Shown in pieces: positions 56,047-64,000 of a stretch of 64,000 nucleotides of DNA (the stretch's first letter is position 1; each line of letters opens with the position of its first letter). The stretch lies in the NCBI GenBank assembly GCA_965217585.1, contig OZ244561.1, positions 2,400,001 to 2,464,000 on the forward strand, written 5' to 3'. This DNA comes from Candidatus Latescibacterota bacterium (lineage in GTDB: Bacteria; Latescibacterota; UBA2968; UBA8231). Both the position numbers and the translations under genes were made by a program. Under the pieces are notes generated by a model. The model saw only the letters and a program-made list of their open reading frames with translations. It made no database searches and was not told the DNA's origin.

Positions 56047-58614
56047 ATGCGATACCAAAATATAGTCGGGGCGGGGGTCTTCATCATTGCCTTGGGCCTC
56101 TACCTGAAGACCATGGCTCCCACCATCTCTTTGTGGGACAGCGGCGAATTCATCGCCTGTGCCTACACTCTGGGCATACCCCATCCTCCTGGAGCCCCGC
56201 TCTATATCCTTTGGGGCCGGCTTTTTGCGCTTTTGCCCATCGGCTCGGTGGAGCAGCGCGTGGTGCTCATATCGCCCCTGGTATCGGCCGCCGCCATCTG
56301 GTGCGTCTTCTCCACTACTACTCTCCTTGCCCGAGGTGCCCTCAAGTGCGAAGGGACGCCGTCTCCCGGCCAGGACCAGCGGCAGCGGCTGGCGGCCCTA
56401 GCCGGGGGAGTGGTCGCCGCCCTGTCTTTGGCCTGTTCGTACACATTCTGGTTCAACGCCACTGAGGCCGAAGTTTATGCCTGTTCCATTTTTTTTGTCT
56501 GTGTGACCGTCTGGTTGGCGCTGCGCTGGTCGGTCGGGCCGCTCGATAAGCACAGTTACAAATGGCTCTTGTTCATCGCATATATGTTTGGTCTGAGTGG
56601 CGGGGTCCATCTTCTCTGCCTGCTGACCATTCCAGCGATCCTGATCCTGATCAGGTGCGCCGACTCGAGCCGCCGGCGACTGATTTGGGTCCTACTCGTC
56701 CTGGGTGGAAGCGGTCTGATAGTGATGGCGGTATGGGGGCCAAGCAAGACGGGCGGGGCAGCACTAATTTTGGCGCTAGCTGCCGGTCTCTATTATCTCT
56801 ACCGCCGCGACAGACATTCATGCGGGCTGCTGATAGCCGCGCTGGTGCTCTTCGGCCTAGGTTATTCCACCTATGCGACCCTCTATATTCGCTCGGGACT
56901 GAATCCGGTCATCGACGAGAACGACCCGGAAACCTGGGCCGCTCTTATCAAATTTCTTGGACGCGAGCAATACGGCACGGAGAGTCTGCTGGCGGGCATG
57001 CTGGAAGCCAAGGCTTCGCGCCTCTATCAGTTTTGGCACCTCCAGATGAAGTACTTTTTCGAGCAGTTTCAATTTCCCCTAGGGGAAAGCGCAGGGGAAT
57101 TCCGCCGGGCCACCGATCCTTCCCGCCAGTCAGTAGCCGTCTCGGTCCTGCCCTACCTGCTGGGTCTGGGCGGCCTGCTGTGGCAGGCCCGCAGGGACTG
57201 GCAGCGCTTTCTGGCCGTCCTAGCACTCTTCACGACCATGGGCTTTGGGCTGTCTGCCTACCTAAACATGTCCGATCCGCAACCGCGGGAACGCCACTAC
57301 GTCTTTGTTGGTATGTTCTATGCTTTTGCCCTGTGGATGGGTCTGGGTTGGAGTGGCTTGGTCGAGACCTTGGGGCGGCGCTTGTGCCTTTCTAACGGCT
57401 GGCTGATGGCCCTAGCGGGTGCCGGCGTTCTCCTGCCGGTGGGGATGGGCGTCAAGCTATATAATCAAGTAGACCGGACGGGAGACTATCTGGGGCGCGA
57501 TTACGGGTACAATCTGCTGCAGTCGTGTGCCCCCAACAGCATCCTGTTCACTAACGGAGATAACGATACCTTTCCACTGTGGTTTCTGCAGGAAGTGGAG
57601 GGCATTCGCCCGGATGTGGGCGTCGTCCATCTGGGACTTTTGAATACCGGCTGGTACATCAAACAGCTACGCCAGCGTCTCCCCGCCATCGACATTCGCT
57701 ATACTGATACTTATATCGATTCGGTGCTGACCGATACCCAGCGGGTTGATCTGGGTCTACGCCACTGGCCTAGACCTAAAACTATTGAACTGGCGGGCCT
57801 GGAAATCGAAGTGGTACCCTTCGAGCAACGCATGCTTCGCATTCAGGATATCGCGGTGCTGAAAATCGTCGAGTGGAACGACTGGAAAAGGCCCATTTTT
57901 TTTTCGGTCGCAGTTCCGGTCGAAAACCAGGTCGGACTGACGCCCTACCTGTCTTTAAATGGCCTAGCTTACCGACTAGTTAGGGAGCGCGAACCGGGAC
58001 TCGACCAGAAGGAGATGGAACGCAACTTCTATCGCGTCTTTCAATGGCGCAACCTCCTTGGGCGGGAGATGACCAGCGATCCCGGAATCGCTCCCTTGTT
58101 GTTCAATTACCAAGCCGCTGTCATGCAGCTAGCCGACTTCTATCGGCAAAAGGGCATGGATGAGGCGCTGGCCCAGCTGCTAGCGTGGGCCAGCCAGCGC
58201 ATCCCTTTCGTCTGGCATGCGTATTACAGCGCCTCTACTTACCTGCAGCAGATGGGCAAGCACCAGTTGGCCTTCGAATACGCCGAGCGCGCTGTGCAAA
58301 AACTGTTAGATACCTACGGTGCTAGTGGGGACGCGACCTACGACGATCTTATTGATTTGATGGACGAGTTGACAAAGAAGTACAGGGACTCCGCATGGTC
58401 CGCCAAGTTCTATCGCCAGATCATCGAGGTCGAACCCGGCAGATGGGAGGCTTACCACCGCCTGGCTTCCCTCATGGGGGTGCAAGGCGATTACAGTGGC
58501 GGCCTGCAGGTGGTGGACGAGTACGTCGGCCGCTACGGGGAAGTACGCCCGTTGGTGCGCCTGCGGCAGAACTTGCGGCAGGCTCTTCGCAAAGAGAGCA
58601 GTGCGCCTGAGTGA
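56047..58614 (+). CDS. DUF2723 / GT117 (TMEM260-like) GT-C glycosyltransferase
   Basis: APTISLWDSGEFIA....GIPHPPGAPLY, FWFNATEAEVY, REQYG, QPRERHY and NGDNDTFPLW, with a helical TPR-like C-terminus. Confidence 0.85.
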   Translation: MRYQNIVGAGVFIIALGLYLKTMAPTISLWDSGEFIACAYTLGIPHPPGAPLYILWGRLFALLPIGSVEQRVVLISPLVSAAAIWCVFSTTTLLARGALKCEGTPSPGQDQRQRLAALAGGVVAALSLACSYTFWFNATEAEVYACSIFFVCVTVWLALRWSVGPLDKHSYKWLLFIAYMFGLSGGVHLLCLLTIPAILILIRCADSSRRRLIWVLLVLGGSGLIVMAVWGPSKTGGAALILALAAGLYYLYRRDRHSCGLLIAALVLFGLGYSTYATLYIRSGLNPVIDENDPETWAALIKFLGREQYGTESLLAGMLEAKASRLYQFWHLQMKYFFEQFQFPLGESAGEFRRATDPSRQSVAVSVLPYLLGLGGLLWQARRDWQRFLAVLALFTTMGFGLSAYLNMSDPQPRERHYVFVGMFYAFALWMGLGWSGLVETLGRRLCLSNGWLMALAGAGVLLPVGMGVKLYNQVDRTGDYLGRDYGYNLLQSCAPNSILFTNGDNDTFPLWFLQEVEGIRPDVGVVHLGLLNTGWYIKQLRQRLPAIDIRYTDTYIDSVLTDTQRVDLGLRHWPRPKTIELAGLEIEVVPFEQRMLRIQDIAVLKIVEWNDWKRPIFFSVAVPVENQVGLTPYLSLNGLAYRLVREREPGLDQKEMERNFYRVFQWRNLLGREMTSDPGIAPLLFNYQAAVMQLADFYRQKGMDEALAQLLAWASQRIPFVWHAYYSASTYLQQMGKHQLAFEYAERAVQKLLDTYGASGDATYDDLIDLMDELTKKYRDSAWSAKFYRQIIEVEPGRWEAYHRLASLMGVQGDYSGGLQVVDEYVGRYGEVRPLVRLRQNLRQALRKESSAPE

Positions 58615-58737
58615 TGATACCTCCGGGCAGTGCGAGCCCGGCGGTCTATTTGACTTCAAAATGACTCCGCATTCTTTTGTACCCGGGTCGGTTATGCATC
58701 TCAAATGGGATTAAAAATTAGCTAGGAGGCACAGATT

Positions 58738-60732
58738 GTGACACGGCAGACAACGACACAAGCAGGGCTCGTCCTTCTAACCATCCTCGCGACCATCGGA
58801 TCGCTGTTTATCGCATCCTGCGATAGGCCCTCCACCAATAGCGATGACCAGCCCTCGACTTCCACCGGGCAAGCTGATCCACTCCAGTTGCCTTTTCCCC
58901 AGGAAATCATCGATCCTCCATGGCTGGAAAGTCGCAGACAGGCTCAACTCGAGACCGTTGGACAGTTCGATGTATTTTGCGACTTTGCCTTCTCCGACCG
59001 GCTCGAAGACAGTGCTATCCGCTTCCGCAACAGGATCACTGCCGATTCGGGCAAGGACTACAGGCCGAATCACTACGACCACGGCAATGGGATAGCCATT
59101 GCCGACGTGGACGGGGATGGCCTCTACGATATCTATTTCGTCAGCCAGGTTGGCGACAACGAACTGTGGAGAAATCTGGGAGGTGGCAAATTTGAGAATA
59201 TCACCCAGAAGGCAGGCGTGGCGGCCGAATCGATCGGGGTATCGGCCTCTTTCGCCGATATCGACAACGACGGCGATCCAGACCTCTACGTGACCGTTCT
59301 GCGCCGGGGCAATATCCTCTTTGAAAACGACGGTACCGGCACATTCAAAGATATTTCCAAAGACTCCGGCCTCGACTATAAGGGACATCCCTCTGCCGCA
59401 GTCTTCTTTGACTACAACGGCGATGGGTTGTTGGATATTTTTCTCACTGTTGTGGGCCAGTACACTACCGACGAGCTTAAAAAGGCGAGCCGTCCTAGCG
59501 GCAGCAAAGAAAAAAACAGCCAGTACAAGTACTATGCGGGATTCAACGACGGCTTCAGCGGACACCTCAAGCCCGAACGCAGCGAAACGAGCCTCCTCTT
59601 CAAAAACGAGGGTGGTAACCGCTTTGTCGACGTCAGCGAAAAGGTGGGTTTGCAGGACGGGAGTTGGTCGGGCGCCGCCAGCCCTATCGACGTCAATGAG
59701 GACGGCTGGCCCGATCTATACGTTTTGAATATGCAGGGACACGACCAGTACTACGAAAATGTCGGGGGCAAACATTTTGTCGACAAGAGCCGCGAGGTTT
59801 TTCCCAAAACCCCCTGGGGGTCGATGGGAGTCAAAGTTTTCGATTACAATAACGATGGCAAAATGGATCTCTATATCACCGACATGCATTCCGACATGAG
59901 CGAAAACATCGGAGTCGAGCGCGAAAAACTCAAATCCCGCATGCAATGGTCTGAAGAGTTCCTGCGCAGCGGCGGCAATAGCATCTTTGGCAATGCGTTC
60001 TACCTGAACAGAGGGGGCGGGCACTTCGAAGAAATTTCGGACCAAATCGGCACCGAGAACTACTGGCCCTGGGGATTCAGCGTCGGCGACCTCAATGCCG
60101 ATGGGTACGAGGACGTTTTTATAACCTCCAGCATGAATTACCCGTTCCGATATGGGGTCAACTCTGTTCTGTTGAACAACCGGAGCGAAAGATTTTTGGA
60201 CAGCGAATTCATCTTGGGGGTAGAGCCTAGGCGCGGCGGACGCACGGCCCAATCTTGGTTCGAACTGGATTGTGCCTGGAAAGACCGCAACCACCAGCAC
60301 TGTCAGAACCGAAGCGGCACTGTTGTGGTCTGGGGCGCATTGGGAAGCCGTTCTTCGGCGATCTTCGACCTAGACGACGACGGCGACCTGGATATCGTCA
60401 CCAACGATTTTAATTCCGAGCCTACTGTGCTGATCAGCAATCTGAGTGCTAAAAAGCAGAACCTGTCTTTTCTCAAGGTTGAGCTGATCGGCACGGCGTC
60501 GAACCGCAGCGGGCTGGGTGCCACGGTGAAGGTTCGAGCTGGCACTCAGACTTATACCAAAATCCACGATGGACAGTCGGGCTACCTCTCCCAAAGTCTC
60601 TATCCACTCTACTTTGGGCTGGGCGATGCCGAAGTAGTCGATCAGATCGCCGTGCGCTGGCCCTCGGGGAGGGAACAGATTGTCTCTGGCCCCATCGCAA
60701 CCAATTCACTGGTTGAGGTAAGAGAGCTTTAG
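58738..60732 (+). CDS. CRTAC1-like FG-GAP repeat lipoprotein with ASPIC/UnbV domain
   Basis: IASC lipobox, repeated DxDxDGxxDLY, and SGYLSQS..LYFGLG...VRWPSG. Confidence 0.9.
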   Translation: MTRQTTTQAGLVLLTILATIGSLFIASCDRPSTNSDDQPSTSTGQADPLQLPFPQEIIDPPWLESRRQAQLETVGQFDVFCDFAFSDRLEDSAIRFRNRITADSGKDYRPNHYDHGNGIAIADVDGDGLYDIYFVSQVGDNELWRNLGGGKFENITQKAGVAAESIGVSASFADIDNDGDPDLYVTVLRRGNILFENDGTGTFKDISKDSGLDYKGHPSAAVFFDYNGDGLLDIFLTVVGQYTTDELKKASRPSGSKEKNSQYKYYAGFNDGFSGHLKPERSETSLLFKNEGGNRFVDVSEKVGLQDGSWSGAASPIDVNEDGWPDLYVLNMQGHDQYYENVGGKHFVDKSREVFPKTPWGSMGVKVFDYNNDGKMDLYITDMHSDMSENIGVEREKLKSRMQWSEEFLRSGGNSIFGNAFYLNRGGGHFEEISDQIGTENYWPWGFSVGDLNADGYEDVFITSSMNYPFRYGVNSVLLNNRSERFLDSEFILGVEPRRGGRTAQSWFELDCAWKDRNHQHCQNRSGTVVVWGALGSRSSAIFDLDDDGDLDIVTNDFNSEPTVLISNLSAKKQNLSFLKVELIGTASNRSGLGATVKVRAGTQTYTKIHDGQSGYLSQSLYPLYFGLGDAEVVDQIAVRWPSGREQIVSGPIATNSLVEVREL

Positions 60733-60763
60733 CAGATGCAGACTAACCTTAGGAGGAAGCATT

Positions 60764-61597
60764 ATGAGACTCAAATTGGCCTGTGCTGACTTCACTTTTC
60801 CGCTTCTGCCCCACGATCACGTCCTCGACTTGATTGCGATGTTGAAGCTCAAGGGGGTGGATATCGGCCTTTTCGAAGATCGCTCTCACTTGCAGCCATC
60901 GCGCGAATTCGAGAATGTGCGGCGCTCGGCCCGACGGCTGAGGAAGAAACTAGAAGCTAGAGGCCTGGTTGCTGCCGACGTGTTCATGCAGACAGCACTG
61001 GACTTCGAGTCCTACGCCATCAACAATCCCCAAAAGATGCGTCGGCGCAAAGCGCGTGACTGGTTCCTCAAAACCCTGGAATACGCCCTCGAGTGCGGTT
61101 CCAAGCACGTTAGCGGGCTGCCCGGGGTACACTTCCGGGGCGAGAAGCGCGGCGACTCTTGGGCCCGGTCAGTGGACGAGCTGAGCTGGCGAGTGGAACA
61201 GGCTCGCCAGCACCGCATCATCTACGGAATCGAACCCCACATCGGCTCGCTGGCTTCCCATCCTAAGTCGGCGGCTAGATTAGTGCGGGACGTTCCAGGA
61301 TTGACCTTGACCTTGGACTACAGCCATTTCGTTCCGCGCGGCATCCCCGAATCCGAGGTGGAGGTCTTGATTCAGCACGCCAGTCACTTCCATGTCCGAG
61401 GGGCGTGCCGGGGCAACGGCCAAGCGACCTTTGAGCGCAATACCTTGGATTTCGGGCGCATATTGGAGGTCATGCGCACGAGCGGCTATCGCGGCTGGCT
61501 CGAGCTGGAGTACTGCTGGGGGGAGGGCCACGAAGGCTGCGACATGCTGGCGGAGACCATCCGCTTCCGCGACCATTTGCGGGCGCTGGCGGCATGA
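60764..61597 (+). CDS. Sugar phosphate isomerase/epimerase (xylose isomerase-like TIM barrel)
   Basis: GIEPH, LDYSHF, HFHVR and YRGWLELEY. Confidence 0.85.
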   Translation: MRLKLACADFTFPLLPHDHVLDLIAMLKLKGVDIGLFEDRSHLQPSREFENVRRSARRLRKKLEARGLVAADVFMQTALDFESYAINNPQKMRRRKARDWFLKTLEYALECGSKHVSGLPGVHFRGEKRGDSWARSVDELSWRVEQARQHRIIYGIEPHIGSLASHPKSAARLVRDVPGLTLTLDYSHFVPRGIPESEVEVLIQHASHFHVRGACRGNGQATFERNTLDFGRILEVMRTSGYRGWLELEYCWGEGHEGCDMLAETIRFRDHLRALAA

Positions 61598-61691
61598 GAA
61601 GCCGGCCGCCGGTTGACGGCGATTTCTGGGGTGCGCATTTTCCGAGTCGTGGACGTGCAAGGCGTCAACTCTGAATCATGGAGGAGAACAA

Positions 61692-62972
61692 ATGACCGAT
61701 TCGTGTAAGCCGGTATTTCGGAAGCCGGTTCCGAACGGGGTTGTCGAACATCTGGGTGTCGGCGCCGGGAGCGCGACGGCTGTGGTGGAGGTCGAGGATG
61801 GGCTGATGATGATCGCGGGACGCCGCTGCTATCGATCCGGAGATGGGGGGCAAACCTGGCGCGAATCCGAGGCTCTGGACTGGACGATCCTCGGAGAACC
61901 GACCTCTCTGTCGTGCATCCGCTTGCAGTCCGGCAGTCTGGCGCTGGCGCATCTGGGCAGGAATAACCGGGATCCTGGCACGGAGATGTTCAACTGGAAT
62001 CCGTTCTTTCTCTCGGTGTCGGTGGACGATGGACGGAGCTGGACCGGGGAATGGCCGATGAATCTGCTGGGCGGGCCGTACTATGACGCGATGATCCAGA
62101 TGCCGAACGGGCGCATGGTCATGCCGAGCCGGATCTGCCACAGCAACAACCATCATCTGGGGATGGAGTACAAGCGGGTGAGCAGTTACGGCTATTGGAA
62201 GGGATTGCGCCTCCAGGTCAGCGGGCACTATCACTATCCGGAGGTGGATATTGCGGCGGCGAGTTACTCGGATGACGAGGGGCGGACCTGGCGGAGGTGC
62301 AGGGGGCAGTTGATGGGCTGGTTCGATGCGGACGGCATTCCCAACGGGCGGGGCGGGATTACGGCAGTGGACGAACCGAGTGTTGCAGTGTGTTCGGATG
62401 GGCGCTTGATGATGATGGCGAGGTCCACTGTGGGGCGCCTGGTGCAGACGTATAGCGAAGATGGCGGGGAAACCTGGACGCCGGTGCTGCCAAGCGATCT
62501 CGCGGCTTCGTATTCTCCGCCGCGGCTGCGGCGGATCCCCAGTACCGGAGACCTGTTGTGCGTGTGGAACCAGACGTCGCGGGAGGAGATCTTGAGGGGG
62601 TATCGACGGGGCCGCTTGTCTGCGGCGATTTCAACGGACTGCGGGGCGAGCTGGTCGCATTTCAAGACGATCGAGGTCAGCGGGGGAATGGAGGACGTGA
62701 ATCGGGTCCCGTCGCAGTATCCCGTCAGTCCCGTGATCGCGCTGCCGGAATTGGGAAGTTTGCCCGAGGACTTTGCCACGTTTGACTATGCAAATGCGTG
62801 GTTCCACGGAGATCGCGTTCTGCTGATGTATCATCGAAGCTGGGTCGAGGCCGATGAACATTCCGAAGAGGCGGTGACGTTGGGGGAGCGGAAGAGTACA
62901 GCCCGTAAACCGGGGGAACTGGTGCTGCGTGTCTATCCGCTGGGATGGTTTTACGACAGCGACGGGTCCTGA
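61692..62972 (+). CDS. BNR/Asp-box sialidase-like beta-propeller protein
   Basis: Five Asp boxes (SGDGGQTW, SVDDGRSW, SDDEGRTW, SEDGGETW, STDCGASW) and DEP. Confidence 0.8.
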   Translation: MTDSCKPVFRKPVPNGVVEHLGVGAGSATAVVEVEDGLMMIAGRRCYRSGDGGQTWRESEALDWTILGEPTSLSCIRLQSGSLALAHLGRNNRDPGTEMFNWNPFFLSVSVDDGRSWTGEWPMNLLGGPYYDAMIQMPNGRMVMPSRICHSNNHHLGMEYKRVSSYGYWKGLRLQVSGHYHYPEVDIAAASYSDDEGRTWRRCRGQLMGWFDADGIPNGRGGITAVDEPSVAVCSDGRLMMMARSTVGRLVQTYSEDGGETWTPVLPSDLAASYSPPRLRRIPSTGDLLCVWNQTSREEILRGYRRGRLSAAISTDCGASWSHFKTIEVSGGMEDVNRVPSQYPVSPVIALPELGSLPEDFATFDYANAWFHGDRVLLMYHRSWVEADEHSEEAVTLGERKSTARKPGELVLRVYPLGWFYDSDGS

Positions 62973-63137
62973 GACCCGTCCGGCGCGTACGAAGAAACTG
63001 CAGAATGATGTACTTCTCTTGCTTTCGAGGAAGGGGGGACTGACCAACAAGGAAAGGCTTCTGTGGAAAAAGCTGGCGAAACAGAGAAACTACCGTGGCT
63101 GACGCCCTGGAGCCGCAACAACATGGAGCAATGACAA

Positions 63138-64000
63138 ATGGAAACTCGGACTCTCGGTAAGACCGACCTGGCCGTCTCTCGCCTCGGTTTCGGCGGCGCC
63201 CGGATCGGCTATGAAGATGTGACGCTGGACCAGGCCGACCAGTTGCTCAATGGCCTCATCGATGTCGGCGTAACCCTGATCGACACGGCGGCCTGCTATG
63301 ACGACAGCGAGGAACAGATAGGCAAGTGGATCGGCAGCCGGCGGGATGAATATGTCCTCGCCTCGAAGTGTGGGCACGTGACCGGCGGCGCAACCGGCCT
63401 GCCGTGGTCTGCCGACACGATCGCTCACAGCATAGATCGATCCCTTCAGCGTCTGAAGACGGATCGAATCGACCTGATTCAGCTTCACAGCTGCTCGGCA
63501 GAGGTGCTAGCTGGAGGAGAAGCGGTCGAGGCCATCCTGAAGGCAAAGGAGGCGGGCAAGGTTCGGTACATCGGCTACAGCGGCGATGGGGACGACGCAC
63601 TGTACGCCATAGGAATGGGCGTTTTCAGCACCCTTCAGACCTCGTACAACGTCGTCGACCAGGACGCACGCCGCAAAGTCCTCCCGGCGGCCCAGGCAGC
63701 TGGCATGGGGGTCATCGCCAAGCGTCCCCTGGCAAACGCATCTTTCAAGACCGTCGCATCGCGGTACGACTACGCGGACGTCTACTGGGAGCGTTCGCAG
63801 AGCATGGTGTTTCCGGAAGACGCGCCAATCGACGGCGTCGAGCTCGCGCTCCGGTTCAATCTTGCGCACGAGTTGATCGACTCCGCCATCGTGGGCACCA
63901 CCAGGATCGAAAACGCCAGGAAGAACATCGAGACAATCGGAAAGGGCAATCTTCCCGCAGAGGTCCTTGCGTCGCTGTTCGAGCAGTTCGACCGGATGGG
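63138..64000 (+). CDS. Aldo/keto reductase (3'-truncated by the window edge)
   Basis: METRTLGKTDLAVSRLGFG, IDTAACY, SEEQIG, SKCG, SLQRLKTDRIDLIQLH and GKVRYIGYS; open to the window end. Confidence 0.9.
   Translation, partial: METRTLGKTDLAVSRLGFGGARIGYEDVTLDQADQLLNGLIDVGVTLIDTAACYDDSEEQIGKWIGSRRDEYVLASKCGHVTGGATGLPWSADTIAHSIDRSLQRLKTDRIDLIQLHSCSAEVLAGGEAVEAILKAKEAGKVRYIGYSGDGDDALYAIGMGVFSTLQTSYNVVDQDARRKVLPAAQAAGMGVIAKRPLANASFKTVASRYDYADVYWERSQSMVFPEDAPIDGVELALRFNLAHELIDSAIVGTTRIENARKNIETIGKGNLPAEVLASLFEQFDRM

Noticed and set aside
345-63869. Numerous alternative-frame and antisense ORFs in the ORF track
   Set aside because: They are Arg/Pro/Ala-rich shadows of well-supported genes, as expected in GC-rich DNA.

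Overview
Bacterial, GC-rich (roughly 55-65% by eye), gene-dense window. I found no rRNA, tRNA or CRISPR array. The gene mix (three PhyH dioxygenases, two ASPIC/UnbV proteins, FlgD-Ig/CTD proteins, TPR and receptor-L repeat lipoproteins, a BNR sialidase) resembles FCB-group candidate phyla such as Latescibacterota; this assignment is inference only. The left part (1-32 kb) is mostly housekeeping and catabolism: acyltransferase, EndoQ-UvrD fusion, transketolase-like operon, rfbA, oadGBA, birA, phoX, recQ, amtB and a LytS/LytTR pair. It also holds a small AT-rich XRE-IrrE / PD-(D/E)xK-TPR islet, a 100-bp MITE and decayed toxin-antitoxin remnants. An IS3 relic at about 32.6-33.0 kb precedes a compositionally different right part. 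The best candidate for an undescribed system is a ~16-kb minus-strand operon (53728 to 37703). It encodes three paralogous secreted proteins with WSxWS motifs and F(T/S)P(N/Q)GD...(V/I)xY C-terminal domains, an 881-aa putative outer-membrane barrel, a lipoprotein, a SurA/PpiC-like chaperone, a TPR lipoprotein, an ASPIC/UnbV protein and a receptor-L lipoprotein. Divergent from it lie a DUF6785-like polytopic membrane protein and a DUF2723/GT117 (TMEM260-like) glycosyltransferase. Together these suggest a surface-protein export, folding and glycosylation locus. A second signal is a CCWGG to CTAGG/CCAAG mutational signature, directly visible between two tandem paralogs. All family calls come from motif recognition by eye, not from database searches.
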